A DNA stretch of 64,000 bases, from NCBI GenBank assembly GCA_015232575.1, contig JADFZL010000004.1:14381-78380 (forward strand), read 5' to 3'. Position 1 is the stretch's first letter. Each line of letters starts with the position of its first letter. The stretch comes from Candidatus Rifleibacteriota bacterium. Its GTDB lineage: Bacteria; Muiribacteriota; Ozemobacteria; Ozemobacterales; Ozemobacteraceae. The position numbers and the translations under genes were made by a program. The notes below the pieces were generated by a model that was not told the origin of the DNA, did not search any database, and was given only the letters and a program-made list of their open reading frames with translations. Shown one piece after another: positions 19,467 to 29,428 of this stretch.

Positions 19467-19506
19467 TCAGATGGACCACCGCAATTGGTGGTCCATCTGA
19501 TTTTAT
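19467..19506 (+). terminator. Rho-independent terminator downstream of pepF
   Basis: Stem cagatggaccacc / ggtggtccatctg, followed by attttat. Confidence 0.6.
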
Positions 19507-19706
19507 GAAGCCTTACTGTTAAATCCTTAAAAGGCGCTTGTCATGTTTTACGTTTTGTGATAACAAGGTAAAAACAGATCGGATTTATAGATGAAAAGAG
19601 AGTTTTCTTCATGGTATAAGAAATATTAAAATACTTGATCAACTTTCTAAAATTTTTGATGTATGCAAATGGCAGGGAAAAATTTTATTTTGATGTGGAG
19701 GTTTAT

Positions 19707-20240
19707 ATGTATAAATCTTTTCTTACTATTTTTCTGGTGGCAGTGGTAGTTTTGATTTCCACGCCACTCTTTTCAACTCAGATTCTTTACATTGCTCCTG
19801 ACGGATTGACCATGAAATTGTCTCTCCAGAGCGATCCGGCGAAACAAGATCTGGTCCTGCTCACAGGAAATGTTGAGGGTAACCTTGGAAATATCAGTAG
19901 TATTACCATGCAGTTTTTCGGCTCTCCTGGAATTACGGTGGAACCAGCTTCAGCTTCTATTCCGCGAATTTCAAAAGGTGAAGCCGTTAAATTCGAAATC
20001 AGGGTAAAGGGCTTGGCTGAGCTTTCTGGAAAGGCAACTTCGTGGGTAAAGATGCGTGCAGATTATGTTCCAGATTATAAAACTTTAATTGAGCAGGTTA
20101 AAAACGATGAACAGGAATATCCTGACCAATATGCACGTCAGGATCTTCTTCAGGGCATTATGGAAGGGCAGGAAAAAACTGAAACAATTTCTCAGGTAAT
20201 TGGGTACCTGCTTTCGACCAACGAATCAAAAGATCGCTAA
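19707..20240 (+). CDS. Small secreted protein, 177 aa. Cassette member A1, paralog of 22641-23174.
   Basis: Start chosen at the ATG with GGAGG 6 nt upstream, inside the ORF-track call. Signal peptide. About 85% identical to A2. Confidence 0.65.
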   Translation: MYKSFLTIFLVAVVVLISTPLFSTQILYIAPDGLTMKLSLQSDPAKQDLVLLTGNVEGNLGNISSITMQFFGSPGITVEPASASIPRISKGEAVKFEIRVKGLAELSGKATSWVKMRADYVPDYKTLIEQVKNDEQEYPDQYARQDLLQGIMEGQEKTETISQVIGYLLSTNESKDR

Positions 20241-20252
20241 AGGAGCTGAATC

Positions 20253-21773
20253 ATGAAATTAAGAAGTCGCATTTTAAAGCTCATTTTTGTCTTTTCATAC
20301 TGCCTCCTTTGCTGTCCTTTGCTTTTTGCCGGCGAAGTTAAGTTTGAAATTGTAAAACTTCTAAAAGTTCTTGGTTACAAATACGTTAAAGGCGAGGAAA
20401 ACTGGCAGGATAAAATAGAAATAGGGGTTGGCGATTCGGAAAGATATTTGACCGAAAAATTTCAATACTCAAGTCGTGATGAAGTTGAAAAGCTCTTTAG
20501 AGAATGGTCGGGTGGTGAACTTACCAAAGAACAGAAAAAGACTCTTGAAGTGATCGATTGCGTAAAAGGCGAAATGATAAAAAGTCTTATGGCTCTGGGG
20601 AAAAAAAACCTGGGTAAAGATGATTGCGACATTGTCGTGAAAATATTTGACACATCTCTGGTTGAAAACGAAAGGGGAAAAGATAAAGTATTAAAAGAAT
20701 TCTGGCCGTGTTTCTCCAGAAACACCAGCAGTATTACCATTCCTACTGCTTATTTTGCTACTAAGAAGTATCCTGGAACAGTGCTTGTACATGAACTTGC
20801 TCACTCGGTAGATAAAGCTGTACATGAAGATAATGCTTACGGGCCTGATGGTTCTCACAGTGTTAATGAGATTACCAAGCCGATAGCAGCATTCAAAGAG
20901 GGCTGGGCTATATATAACGCATATGATGCTTTTCCCGGCGATTATGGAATTCCCTTCAATCTCAAGGAAGATGGAGTGAAAATCGAATCTGCTGATAAAG
21001 GAAAATACGATAACTACGCTGGAGAAAAAGTCACTGGAAAAGAAATTCTCTGTGTCGAGGGTGTCAATGCCAAGATTATGCAGCAAATTGCATCTGAATA
21101 CGGCCGGGAAAAACTTGAAAAAGCTTTTCTCGAATGCAATTCAAAAGGGACCACCATCAAGAATCTTTTTTCAAGTTTTGTAAAACTTAATCCCGATTCA
21201 ACAAAGAAAGTATTCGAGATACTGGATAAAGAAACATTAGGAATTCTTAAAGACAGTGAAATAACAGAAATTTTAGGAGATGGAAAAACAGTAAAGAGCC
21301 TTTTATCTGCCCGCAAACAATCTCCACTAAGCAGGGAAGCATCTGATAGAATTCAGTCCTTCATAGAAGATTATCAGAAAACTTTGAAAAATCTCATGGC
21401 ACAACCCCAGCCTCTTTCTGAAGAAGATGCAAAGATGCTTCAAAAGTATAAAAGATTAATAGCAGGGGAGATTGATCGTTTTAAGTCCAGTATTGCCGAA
21501 ATACAAAAGATTACCCGTAACAAAAAAGCTATGGCTGAATTTTCCCCGGCACGGCAAGCTGAATTAAAGGCGGATGCTAACTCGTTTAAGGAAATTTCTA
21601 AAAAGCAAAACGAATTTATGGAAACTTTTGAAAAATTTATGAAAGTCAGCGACAATAATAACCAGATGATTAAAAATAATGGTGTTGATGACTCCAATAT
21701 TAACACCACCCAACCAGAAGCACAGGAGCAGCCTGCTGAAGGCACTTCCGAAAAGGGGCTTTTTGGAAATTAG
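20253..21773 (+). CDS. Secreted HExxH...E metallopeptidase-like protein. Cassette member B1, paralog of 23187-24698.
   Basis: Signal peptide. VLVHELAHSVD followed about 30 aa later by FKEGWA, the pattern of a gluzincin-type zinc site. The C-terminal 28 aa are near-identical to B2. Confidence 0.65.
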   Translation: MKLRSRILKLIFVFSYCLLCCPLLFAGEVKFEIVKLLKVLGYKYVKGEENWQDKIEIGVGDSERYLTEKFQYSSRDEVEKLFREWSGGELTKEQKKTLEVIDCVKGEMIKSLMALGKKNLGKDDCDIVVKIFDTSLVENERGKDKVLKEFWPCFSRNTSSITIPTAYFATKKYPGTVLVHELAHSVDKAVHEDNAYGPDGSHSVNEITKPIAAFKEGWAIYNAYDAFPGDYGIPFNLKEDGVKIESADKGKYDNYAGEKVTGKEILCVEGVNAKIMQQIASEYGREKLEKAFLECNSKGTTIKNLFSSFVKLNPDSTKKVFEILDKETLGILKDSEITEILGDGKTVKSLLSARKQSPLSREASDRIQSFIEDYQKTLKNLMAQPQPLSEEDAKMLQKYKRLIAGEIDRFKSSIAEIQKITRNKKAMAEFSPARQAELKADANSFKEISKKQNEFMETFEKFMKVSDNNNQMIKNNGVDDSNINTTQPEAQEQPAEGTSEKGLFGN

Positions 21774-21791
21774 GACATTAGGAGAAATTTT

Positions 21792-22550
21792 ATGTTTAGA
21801 AAATTGTACAAGAGTCTAAACGGTTTGATGTTTGTGTTTGTGCTTCTCATGTCGTCGTTTCTTGGTGCTGCTGACAGAACAAACACATATCTTTTACCGA
21901 ATGAAGATGAAGGTTATGCCGGATACTGCCAAATTCATGCAGATGGTTCTTTTGCAATCTATCCGAATTCAGGGGGTGAAATAAAGGGAACAGGTGGAAG
22001 CAGTGCACTAAACCAGGCAATAAAGGATAATGGACTGCCGCCAAAAAAAGGTGGGTCTGTTGATCCACGTTTTTTTACGCTACCTCCGGGCAATTACGAC
22101 CTCGGAAGGGGAAAGTTAGAATACAAGGAAAATGGAGATATAACTATAAAGTTAAAGAGTGGAATCTCCGTTACCAGTTCAGGAGGTGGATTGAGTTTGG
22201 CTGCGCTGGCTCTGAATAATTATTTGACCTTTCCAGACTTGACAGAAGAAATAATGGGAAGTGCTGACAAGGGTTTGTTGCCTGCGTCTCAAAAATTCCC
22301 ACTTTCTGGAACGACTTCTCCTGATTCAACAGGCGGCGAAAGAAATGAGCTCAAAAATCCCAGCAACCCGAAAGTTGAAGTAACGGTTACTTCAATTGCT
22401 GATGATCAGAAAGTTTCCCATAAAGAAACTACAGTTCAAACAAATCAGCCTGTGGTTGTTCCACCTCAACTTGGAGCGGAAACTGGCACCTCGGCGCAAG
22501 AAAAGAAAGACGACAAGCTCAGCAAGCTGAGACCGCCAAGTTCCCAGTAA
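21792..22550 (+). CDS. Hypothetical secreted Gly/Ser-rich protein
   Basis: RBS GGAG upstream. Signal peptide LMFVFVLLMSSFLGAA. Confidence 0.55.
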   Translation: MFRKLYKSLNGLMFVFVLLMSSFLGAADRTNTYLLPNEDEGYAGYCQIHADGSFAIYPNSGGEIKGTGGSSALNQAIKDNGLPPKKGGSVDPRFFTLPPGNYDLGRGKLEYKENGDITIKLKSGISVTSSGGGLSLAALALNNYLTFPDLTEEIMGSADKGLLPASQKFPLSGTTSPDSTGGERNELKNPSNPKVEVTVTSIADDQKVSHKETTVQTNQPVVVPPQLGAETGTSAQEKKDDKLSKLRPPSSQ

Positions 22551-22640
22551 TTGGTGACAGTTAGGTCAAGTCTATGAGGTTTTTTCGTTAGGACTGATTG
22601 AGTTGTTACTGAAAAACTTTATTTCAATTTGGAGGATTGC

Positions 22641-23174
22641 ATGAATAAATCTATTCTTTTTATTTCTCTGTTTGCAGTGGTTGTTTTGATTGCTGTTCCT
22701 GTCTATTCAAGTCAGATTCTTTACGTCGCTCCCGATGGGCTGAATATGAAATTGTCTCTGCAAAGTGACCCGGGAAAACAAGATCTCGTTCTCCTTACCG
22801 GAAAAGTGGAAGGCAATCTTGGAAATATCAGCAATATTTCAATGCAATTTTTCGCTTCTCCGGGAATTACGGTAGAACCAGCTTCAGCGACTATTTTCAG
22901 TATTTCAAAAGGCGAAGTGGTCAAGTTTGAAATCAGGGTTAAGGGTCTCGCTGAGCTTGCAGGAAAGGCAACTTCCTGGGTAAAGATGCGTGCCAATTAC
23001 CTTCCGGATTATAAAGCTTTAATTGAACAGGTTAAAAACGATGAACAGGAATTTCCTGACCAGTATGCACGTCAGGATCTTCTTCAGGGCATTATGGAAG
23101 GGCAGGAAAAAACTGAAACAATTTCTCAGGTAATTGGGTACCTGCTTTCGACCAACGAATCAAAAAACCGGTAA
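22641..23174 (+). CDS. Small secreted protein, 177 aa. Cassette member A2.
   Basis: GGAGG RBS upstream of the ATG at 22641. Paralog of A1. Confidence 0.65.
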   Translation: MNKSILFISLFAVVVLIAVPVYSSQILYVAPDGLNMKLSLQSDPGKQDLVLLTGKVEGNLGNISNISMQFFASPGITVEPASATIFSISKGEVVKFEIRVKGLAELAGKATSWVKMRANYLPDYKALIEQVKNDEQEFPDQYARQDLLQGIMEGQEKTETISQVIGYLLSTNESKNR

Positions 23175-23186
23175 AGGAGCAGAATC

Positions 23187-24698
23187 ATGAAATTCGGAAA
23201 TCATATTTTCAAGCTCATTTTTATTTTTTCATACTGCTTACTTTGCAGCCAATCGCTTTTTGCCGGTGAAGTGAAGTTCGAAATTGTAAGACTTTTGAAG
23301 AAAGTTGATTCAAAATACCTGAAGACGCCAGGAGAAGAGATTTCACAGGGGCGCTCGGAAAGATATCTGAGCGAAACTTTTCAATGCTCCAGCAAGGATG
23401 AGGTTGAGAAACTCCTGAAAGAATGGTCAGGAGGAGAACTTGATAATGCCCAGAAAAAGATTGTTGAGATGGTGGGATATGGTAAAGATAAATTGACTAC
23501 AGATCTTATGACTTTGGGGAAAAAAAACAAGGGAAAAGATGACCGTGACATCATTGTGAAAATTTATGATTCATCTCTGGTTGAAAATGAATTAGGAAAA
23601 AAGTTTTTTATGAAAGAATTCTGGCCAAGTTCTTCTGGAGATACAATAAAGTTTCCTATTGCCTATGTCAGCAGCGTTGGCGGTAACCCCAGCAAAATTC
23701 TAGTGCATGAACTTTCCCACGCAATAGATAATAACCGGCGTGAAAGTGGCTCTTACGGTCCAGATGGTGACCATTCTCCGAGCGAGATTACCATGCCACG
23801 CTCAGCATTCGTAGAGGGCTGGGCTGAATATAATACGCTCTATGCTTTCCCCGGAAAGGATGGTGATGCATCCAAAGGCTTTGAAACAGTTCTCAATGCT
23901 GGAGTAAGAATTGAATCAAGTAAAGGAAAATATGATAAATATTCCGCGGAAAAAGTGACTGGAGAAGAAATTCTCAGTACTGAAGGTGTCAATGCTTTGA
24001 TTCTTCACAAAATTTCAGCAGAATTTGGTCGGAAAAAACTGGAAAAGGCTTTTTTAGACTCCAACTCAAAGAAAACGACTATCGGTGACTTTCTTTCAAG
24101 TTTTGTAAAACTCTATCCAGATTCGTTAAAAAAAGTTTTCAACATCCTGAATAAAGAAACATTTGGTATTCTCAGCGACAGTAAAATTACAGAAATTCTA
24201 GGAGATGGAAAAACTGTTGAAACTTTTTTAAAGAATAGGAAACAGCCCGCTTTCAGCAGAAATGCATCTGAAAAGATCCTGGTTTCAATCAGCGAAGACA
24301 GGAATACTATCAAAACCATTATGGAGAAACCTCAGCCTATCTCTGATTCTGATAAAGACACACTTCAAAAAGCTAAAGAGCAATTGGCAAAAAAAATGGC
24401 AGATTATGAAACCTGCGTTTCTGGAATAATTGAGTTAATGCAAAACAAAGAAGCCCTTAAAGAATATTCTCCTTCACGGGATGCTGAGCTTCGGAGTTAT
24501 GAGGTATCCGCCAGCGGGAATATCAAAAAACAAAAGAAATTTATGGATTCGGTTGACAATTTTTTGTTAGAGAACGAGAAAAATAACCTGCCAATTTCAA
24601 AAATAGATGTTGATGATTCCAATATTAACACCACACAACCGGAAGGTCAGGAACAGCCTGTCGAAGGAACTTCCGAAAAAGGGCTCTTTGGAAATTAG
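23187..24698 (+). CDS. Secreted HExxH...E metallopeptidase-like protein. Cassette member B2.
   Basis: ILVHELSHAID ... VEGWA. The same spacing to the preceding gene as in cassette 1. Confidence 0.65.
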   Translation: MKFGNHIFKLIFIFSYCLLCSQSLFAGEVKFEIVRLLKKVDSKYLKTPGEEISQGRSERYLSETFQCSSKDEVEKLLKEWSGGELDNAQKKIVEMVGYGKDKLTTDLMTLGKKNKGKDDRDIIVKIYDSSLVENELGKKFFMKEFWPSSSGDTIKFPIAYVSSVGGNPSKILVHELSHAIDNNRRESGSYGPDGDHSPSEITMPRSAFVEGWAEYNTLYAFPGKDGDASKGFETVLNAGVRIESSKGKYDKYSAEKVTGEEILSTEGVNALILHKISAEFGRKKLEKAFLDSNSKKTTIGDFLSSFVKLYPDSLKKVFNILNKETFGILSDSKITEILGDGKTVETFLKNRKQPAFSRNASEKILVSISEDRNTIKTIMEKPQPISDSDKDTLQKAKEQLAKKMADYETCVSGIIELMQNKEALKEYSPSRDAELRSYEVSASGNIKKQKKFMDSVDNFLLENEKNNLPISKIDVDDSNINTTQPEGQEQPVEGTSEKGLFGN

Positions 24699-24705
24699 TT
24701 TTTCA

Positions 24706-27246
24706 TCATTCGGCCCCTGTAAGGCTTACACTGGAATTTTTATCATCGATAGCCAGAATATAGGCTTTTTCGGCAGCGGGGCTGCATGGGTTGAAATATG
24801 GGTTGTACTGAATAGTTCCTCCGTGTTTAAAGTTTTCCATGGTTGAAGGTTTAGAGGTGGAATGATCTGGAGTGAGTTCGAATACTGCCATTCCGCCTCT
24901 GATATCCAGTTTGTTGGTGTTGGATGAGCCTGTTCCTGTTGTTGCCAGCACTCTGCCGCCCACCCCGGGAGATTCAGTTGTACCTTTGCTCAAGGCAACG
25001 AGATATGCGTTGATTTCTGTGTTGGGTGGTACATAAATGTTGCCGTCAAGAGCGATAATTGAGAATAAATGCCTGGAAACTCCATCAACTACATCACTAC
25101 TGGTTATGCCACCTTTAAACATAATGCTTTTCCGCTCAAGAATAAGAATTCCAGATTTATTCAACTTGATGGGTTTGTCGATTACAATTTCTGAATCTGT
25201 TCCCTGTCGAAGAATCAAATAGATGCCTGGACGGTTAAACTCATATCCTACAAGGCTTCCTCCGCTGAAAACCTTTGAAAAAACTCGGGAACCGAGGATT
25301 TCCATCTGTTGGGCATGGTCATTGATTCCAGAAAGATCAATTATTTGGGTAACACGAGGATACAAGCCCTTTTGAACTGTAGAATTGAAAGGAAATGAAC
25401 CGAAGTTGAGTTTTCGAAGGTCTCCGAAAAAGATTGTTTCTTCGTTATCAACAGAGGGAAGTATCGAACCGGAGCGGCTCTTAGAAAGCTGAATGTTCGT
25501 TACGGGAAGGTGGCAGGGCGGATTTTCTGAATTTAAAGAGTTCAAACCAGGAATTGCCTGCGATTTTCCTGGAAGCATCCCAATGCCACCAGTGCGACTT
25601 TTTGAGTTGTTCAAGTCGGGTAATATTCCATAACCCATCAGGTCAAAAATCATATTCAGGGCAACGCCCACCATAGGTGCCGATCCATGAACAGGAGCCC
25701 ACCATCGGGGTCTGATGCTTCGCAGTTTTTCAAATCCAGGTTTCGGCTCTCCAGTAGAGGTCTGGAAAATATCAGCATTTTTTGCAGCCCCCGTCAAAGC
25801 AGGAATTGTTTTGACAGGAGCGTCAGGGTCGTAGGTTGAAGAATCTTGACCGACCAGTATGCCCTTCTTGTTAGCGTCGTTAGTTAACATATAATACTGA
25901 AGAAATTCAGCATAAGCCGGTCCTGCTACCAGTGTACGGGAAGGTCTGAACCTGATTCCAAAAGGCAAAACCCATGAAGAGGACATGTCGTCTGCGGTGA
26001 TTGCTGTTCCGTCTGGTTTTACCCAAAGATTGTGTGTCCGCACTCCGGAATTGTTCGTATCAGAAAGGGTCGCATCAAATGTGAAAAAACCCTGCAATTT
26101 AGTGTGAACTTGATAAGGACCGCCTATTGGAGTCGGAGTTTTCAGAAGATCCGGGTCGGAAATCGGGTAGGGAAAGTTTCCTACGATTCCACCGCCGACC
26201 TGCGTCGGAAAGCTCAAATAGGTATGACCACCTATGCCACTGTTTCCAGTCATTCCGGGGTCGGGAAGAAAACCCGATGGAATGCGAACATGAACCGGAC
26301 CGTTGAGAGCGGTCGGATTTCTTCCGGAGGCTGTGGTAGGGCACATTCCAAGAAAAACCCATCCACGGGTTTGAAGATCTTTCGTTGCATCCTGCAATGG
26401 GAGACCTCCGGAAAGATTTACTGTGTCAGTTCCGTTTATGCAGACGAGTGGACGAAAGCTTGGTGCGCTGTAACTTTCTGAATTAAAGACGGTACGATCA
26501 TCCCATGAACCATCGAATTGATTGCGAACAGTATTATAAGACTGCGGACCCGGATTAAAAATTGAGAAAAGCGTAAACCGGCACCATGGCCCTGAAATCA
26601 TATTTACTATTTTGAACTGCCGACTGATGTTTGCCTGTCTGGTTAAGCCCCGAAAACTGACCTTACATGATAGCGTAAGCATTCCACGTCTTTCTACCGC
26701 GTCGAATCCGGCCGCAAGGTTATCAGGGTCAGACGGATCTTTGAGCCTTTCCATATTGGTAAAGGAAAGCCCCATCTCTTCAACTCTTGGGATGAATTTT
26801 CCGTATGAATAGCTTTTTATAACCTTTTGATAATCACCCGCCACCCTGCTCATAAGGTTGTTTGGATCACGTGGAGTGCCATTGATATCTGTCTTACCGC
26901 TTATAAGATTGAGCGTTTTCGCGTCTACTGGCTTGAAAAGGCTGAGTGCTTGAGCCTGAAGTGTTTCTCTTACAGACGGATCCTGTTGATTGATGACTTC
27001 TGCCAGGAAATATCCGCCGTTCATTGCCAGGGTTGACGTGACTTCGCTGATAGTACCGTGGTGAAGAAGAAGATTCTGAGAACGCATGATATTATTGTAA
27101 GCTAGAATGATTCCTATCAGGAACATCAGTACAAGGAAAACAACTCCTAATACCATTCCATTGCGCCGGTTCGATTTATAATTATTTCGGAGAGAATTTT
27201 TATGCACTGCAGATTCCTTGTACTTTTTGAATATTTTCAGACTCAA
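24706..27246 (-). CDS. Large hypothetical protein, 846 aa, with a single N-terminal membrane anchor and an extracytoplasmic body
   Basis: Transmembrane segment VLGVVFLVLMFLIGIILAY near the N-terminus. It is transcribed divergently from the pseudopilin genes. Confidence 0.55.
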   Translation of the reverse strand: MSLKIFKKYKESAVHKNSLRNNYKSNRRNGMVLGVVFLVLMFLIGIILAYNNIMRSQNLLLHHGTISEVTSTLAMNGGYFLAEVINQQDPSVRETLQAQALSLFKPVDAKTLNLISGKTDINGTPRDPNNLMSRVAGDYQKVIKSYSYGKFIPRVEEMGLSFTNMERLKDPSDPDNLAAGFDAVERRGMLTLSCKVSFRGLTRQANISRQFKIVNMISGPWCRFTLFSIFNPGPQSYNTVRNQFDGSWDDRTVFNSESYSAPSFRPLVCINGTDTVNLSGGLPLQDATKDLQTRGWVFLGMCPTTASGRNPTALNGPVHVRIPSGFLPDPGMTGNSGIGGHTYLSFPTQVGGGIVGNFPYPISDPDLLKTPTPIGGPYQVHTKLQGFFTFDATLSDTNNSGVRTHNLWVKPDGTAITADDMSSSWVLPFGIRFRPSRTLVAGPAYAEFLQYYMLTNDANKKGILVGQDSSTYDPDAPVKTIPALTGAAKNADIFQTSTGEPKPGFEKLRSIRPRWWAPVHGSAPMVGVALNMIFDLMGYGILPDLNNSKSRTGGIGMLPGKSQAIPGLNSLNSENPPCHLPVTNIQLSKSRSGSILPSVDNEETIFFGDLRKLNFGSFPFNSTVQKGLYPRVTQIIDLSGINDHAQQMEILGSRVFSKVFSGGSLVGYEFNRPGIYLILRQGTDSEIVIDKPIKLNKSGILILERKSIMFKGGITSSDVVDGVSRHLFSIIALDGNIYVPPNTEINAYLVALSKGTTESPGVGGRVLATTGTGSSNTNKLDIRGGMAVFELTPDHSTSKPSTMENFKHGGTIQYNPYFNPCSPAAEKAYILAIDDKNSSVSLTGAE

Positions 27247-27874
27247 ATTTCACAAGCTGTTTTCACCAGAAAATTATATCACGACCAAAGAGAAAAATTA
27301 ACTAAAATACCATTTTTTTTCAACGGTACGCATAATTATTAAGATTTTGAAAATGGAAAAAAACGATATTGGTTTGATGCGGGTTTTCAAGTCAGATTTT
27401 CACAGCCTTAATAACGATGCGTATCATTGTTTTGTTTTGATCATTTTTTTCCCTTTTGATAACTTGAATTTCGCACATTCTGTCGGTCGAAATGGCAAAA
27501 TCGGAATTCTGGAGAATATGTTAACGCATATGATCCGGCCCTCTCCTGCGGCGAAGGTGTGAAAAAATACCCTTTTTTTGGAAAAAGTGACCCTCGTAAG
27601 CCTCATCAGCAGAGAGTCGATTTCTTGAAAATCAATTATTTCACGGCTTCGTCGCGGATACGTGGGGAGCGAATAAAAGGTAATATGCCCCCCTTTATTA
27701 AGATTTGCTTAACTTAGATTTTGTTTTAAATTAGCAAAAATTTATGATAGAATGATCTAACTTCAGGCTTTCTGAAGTTTCTGAAATTGCCAGGAAAAAT
27801 CTATTTTATCTGCTGTGTCTTGACTGAGAGTTAAAATATGCAGAAGACCTGGTGGATAATTTTGAAAGGTTTTC

Positions 27875-28408
27875 GTGAATAAATTTCCTCGTTTTGGGTT
27901 CTCCCTTGTAGAGATTGTCGTGGCATTGTTTGTCATGGGGTTGGCTGTTGCTCCGATTATGGGACTGATGAGTCAGACAAATATTGATTCCACAGCTTCA
28001 ATGTATGAAGTTCTTGCTGGAAACTATGCGACCGAACTTGGCGAGCAGCTTCTTGATCTTTCTCTGAACCGTTCTCAACCTCGTTTTAAACAGATTGAAG
28101 CGGATACCCACCAATCCATTAAAGACCTCCTTGAAGGACTGAACGAGAGTCTTTCAGATACTTCTGTAACTAATCCAAGGGCTGTTTTTCTCCCAACCAG
28201 CAAAATTGGAATAATGGTTTCTCCACTGGATCCGGCTTTTACAAAGCGGAAAATAACTGTTGAACCCGTTACCGGACTGACGTATTCGGTCATGTATGGT
28301 GAGTGCTATCGTGTTCTTATTCAGCTTGCATGGCGTCTTCAGGGAGAATCGACTGCATTGCCGGCAAAGCACTCCCACGAAGCAATGATCCTTATCAGAA
28401 AGGATTAA
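27875..28408 (+). CDS. Protein with a prepilin-type N-terminal cleavage/methylation domain (type IV pilin or T2SS pseudopilin-like)
   Basis: Short leader MNKFPRFG, then FSLVEIVVALFVMGL with Glu at position +5. Confidence 0.7.
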   Translation: MNKFPRFGFSLVEIVVALFVMGLAVAPIMGLMSQTNIDSTASMYEVLAGNYATELGEQLLDLSLNRSQPRFKQIEADTHQSIKDLLEGLNESLSDTSVTNPRAVFLPTSKIGIMVSPLDPAFTKRKITVEPVTGLTYSVMYGECYRVLIQLAWRLQGESTALPAKHSHEAMILIRKD

Positions 28409-28421
28409 ATAAGAGCTTTCT

Positions 28422-29096
28422 ATGCATCAGTCTCTTCGAGCTGTTCATTCAGATATTAATGTCAGGAATTCTTCTGGTTTTACAATGATTGAACTCGTTG
28501 TCGCGACGGTCATTGGAGTTATCATAATGGGCAGCGTCTACATGTTGATGACCACAGGAATGCGCCAGACTACAAAAGGACGTGACCTTCTTGACGCCAT
28601 TCGTGAAGCGCATCAATTGTTTTCTTTTATCCGCAGAGATATGCTTGCTTCTGTTGTTTTGCAGGCACCTTCCTTGACAGATCCCTTGTATTCGGTAACC
28701 CTGGATGTAAATGATACTGACATGCCTCCTATGACCGGAACCAACTATGTGAGCACATTGGTTTTTGGCTTTTCGAATGCTACTGCCACATACCAGTTAA
28801 AGACTGATTCAAAAGGGTACAATTACATTCAGAGAACTCTTGTTTCTGGGAGTGGTGGTCCCTCTGCGGAAAACCACCAGTTTGCTGTTCGCCGGATGAA
28901 GTCATTTCGAGCTTTGGTGGTCCGAAAAAAACACAATACCGCTCAAGGGAAATCACCTTTTAATACGCGGCATCTTTTTTTTCAGATTATCCTCCAATCA
29001 GATTCCACCCAGAAAAATCTGTCGCAGAAAGAAGTTGTACTTACTTCGTTTTTCACTCCTTCGAATGTCGTCATTTCTGACTGGAATGCCTGGTAG
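28422..29096 (+). CDS. Second protein with a prepilin-type N-terminal domain
   Basis: FTMIELVVATVIGVIIMGSVYML. The true start is uncertain. Confidence 0.6.
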   Translation: MHQSLRAVHSDINVRNSSGFTMIELVVATVIGVIIMGSVYMLMTTGMRQTTKGRDLLDAIREAHQLFSFIRRDMLASVVLQAPSLTDPLYSVTLDVNDTDMPPMTGTNYVSTLVFGFSNATATYQLKTDSKGYNYIQRTLVSGSGGPSAENHQFAVRRMKSFRALVVRKKHNTAQGKSPFNTRHLFFQIILQSDSTQKNLSQKEVVLTSFFTPSNVVISDWNAW

Positions 29097-29428
29097 AGAC
29101 GCCTTCCAGTTTCTGATACTCAATCACCTCAAAGAACGTTTTTTTCCCCTGAGCAGAGGAAATCACCTTTGAAAAAGTTGAAAGATCTGGATTAAACATG
29201 TAATTCTCCTGTAAATAAATTTTGAGAAAGAACCCCTCTGTTTTTAACCCAATAGAAAAAAATGTACAATCAATGGTTGGTCAAATACCAATAAACTTGT
29301 TCTCCCGGAAACATTAAAAAACTCTCCAGATATTTTCGGTCTGGAGAGTTTTTTATATTAAGGTTTTTTTGCTACTCTAACCTGGCTTACCTTTCAAAAT
29401 GAGAAACTGTTACAGTTTTTCTCAATGA

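Noticed and set aside
19635-19706. Upstream extension of small cassette gene A1
   Set aside because: GGAGG lies 6 nt before the internal ATG at 19707. Paralog A2 starts at the equivalent position.
27347-27562. 71-aa ORF in the 620-bp divergent intergenic region
   Set aside because: No RBS, no conserved features, and hydrophobic low-complexity composition. It is more likely a promoter region.
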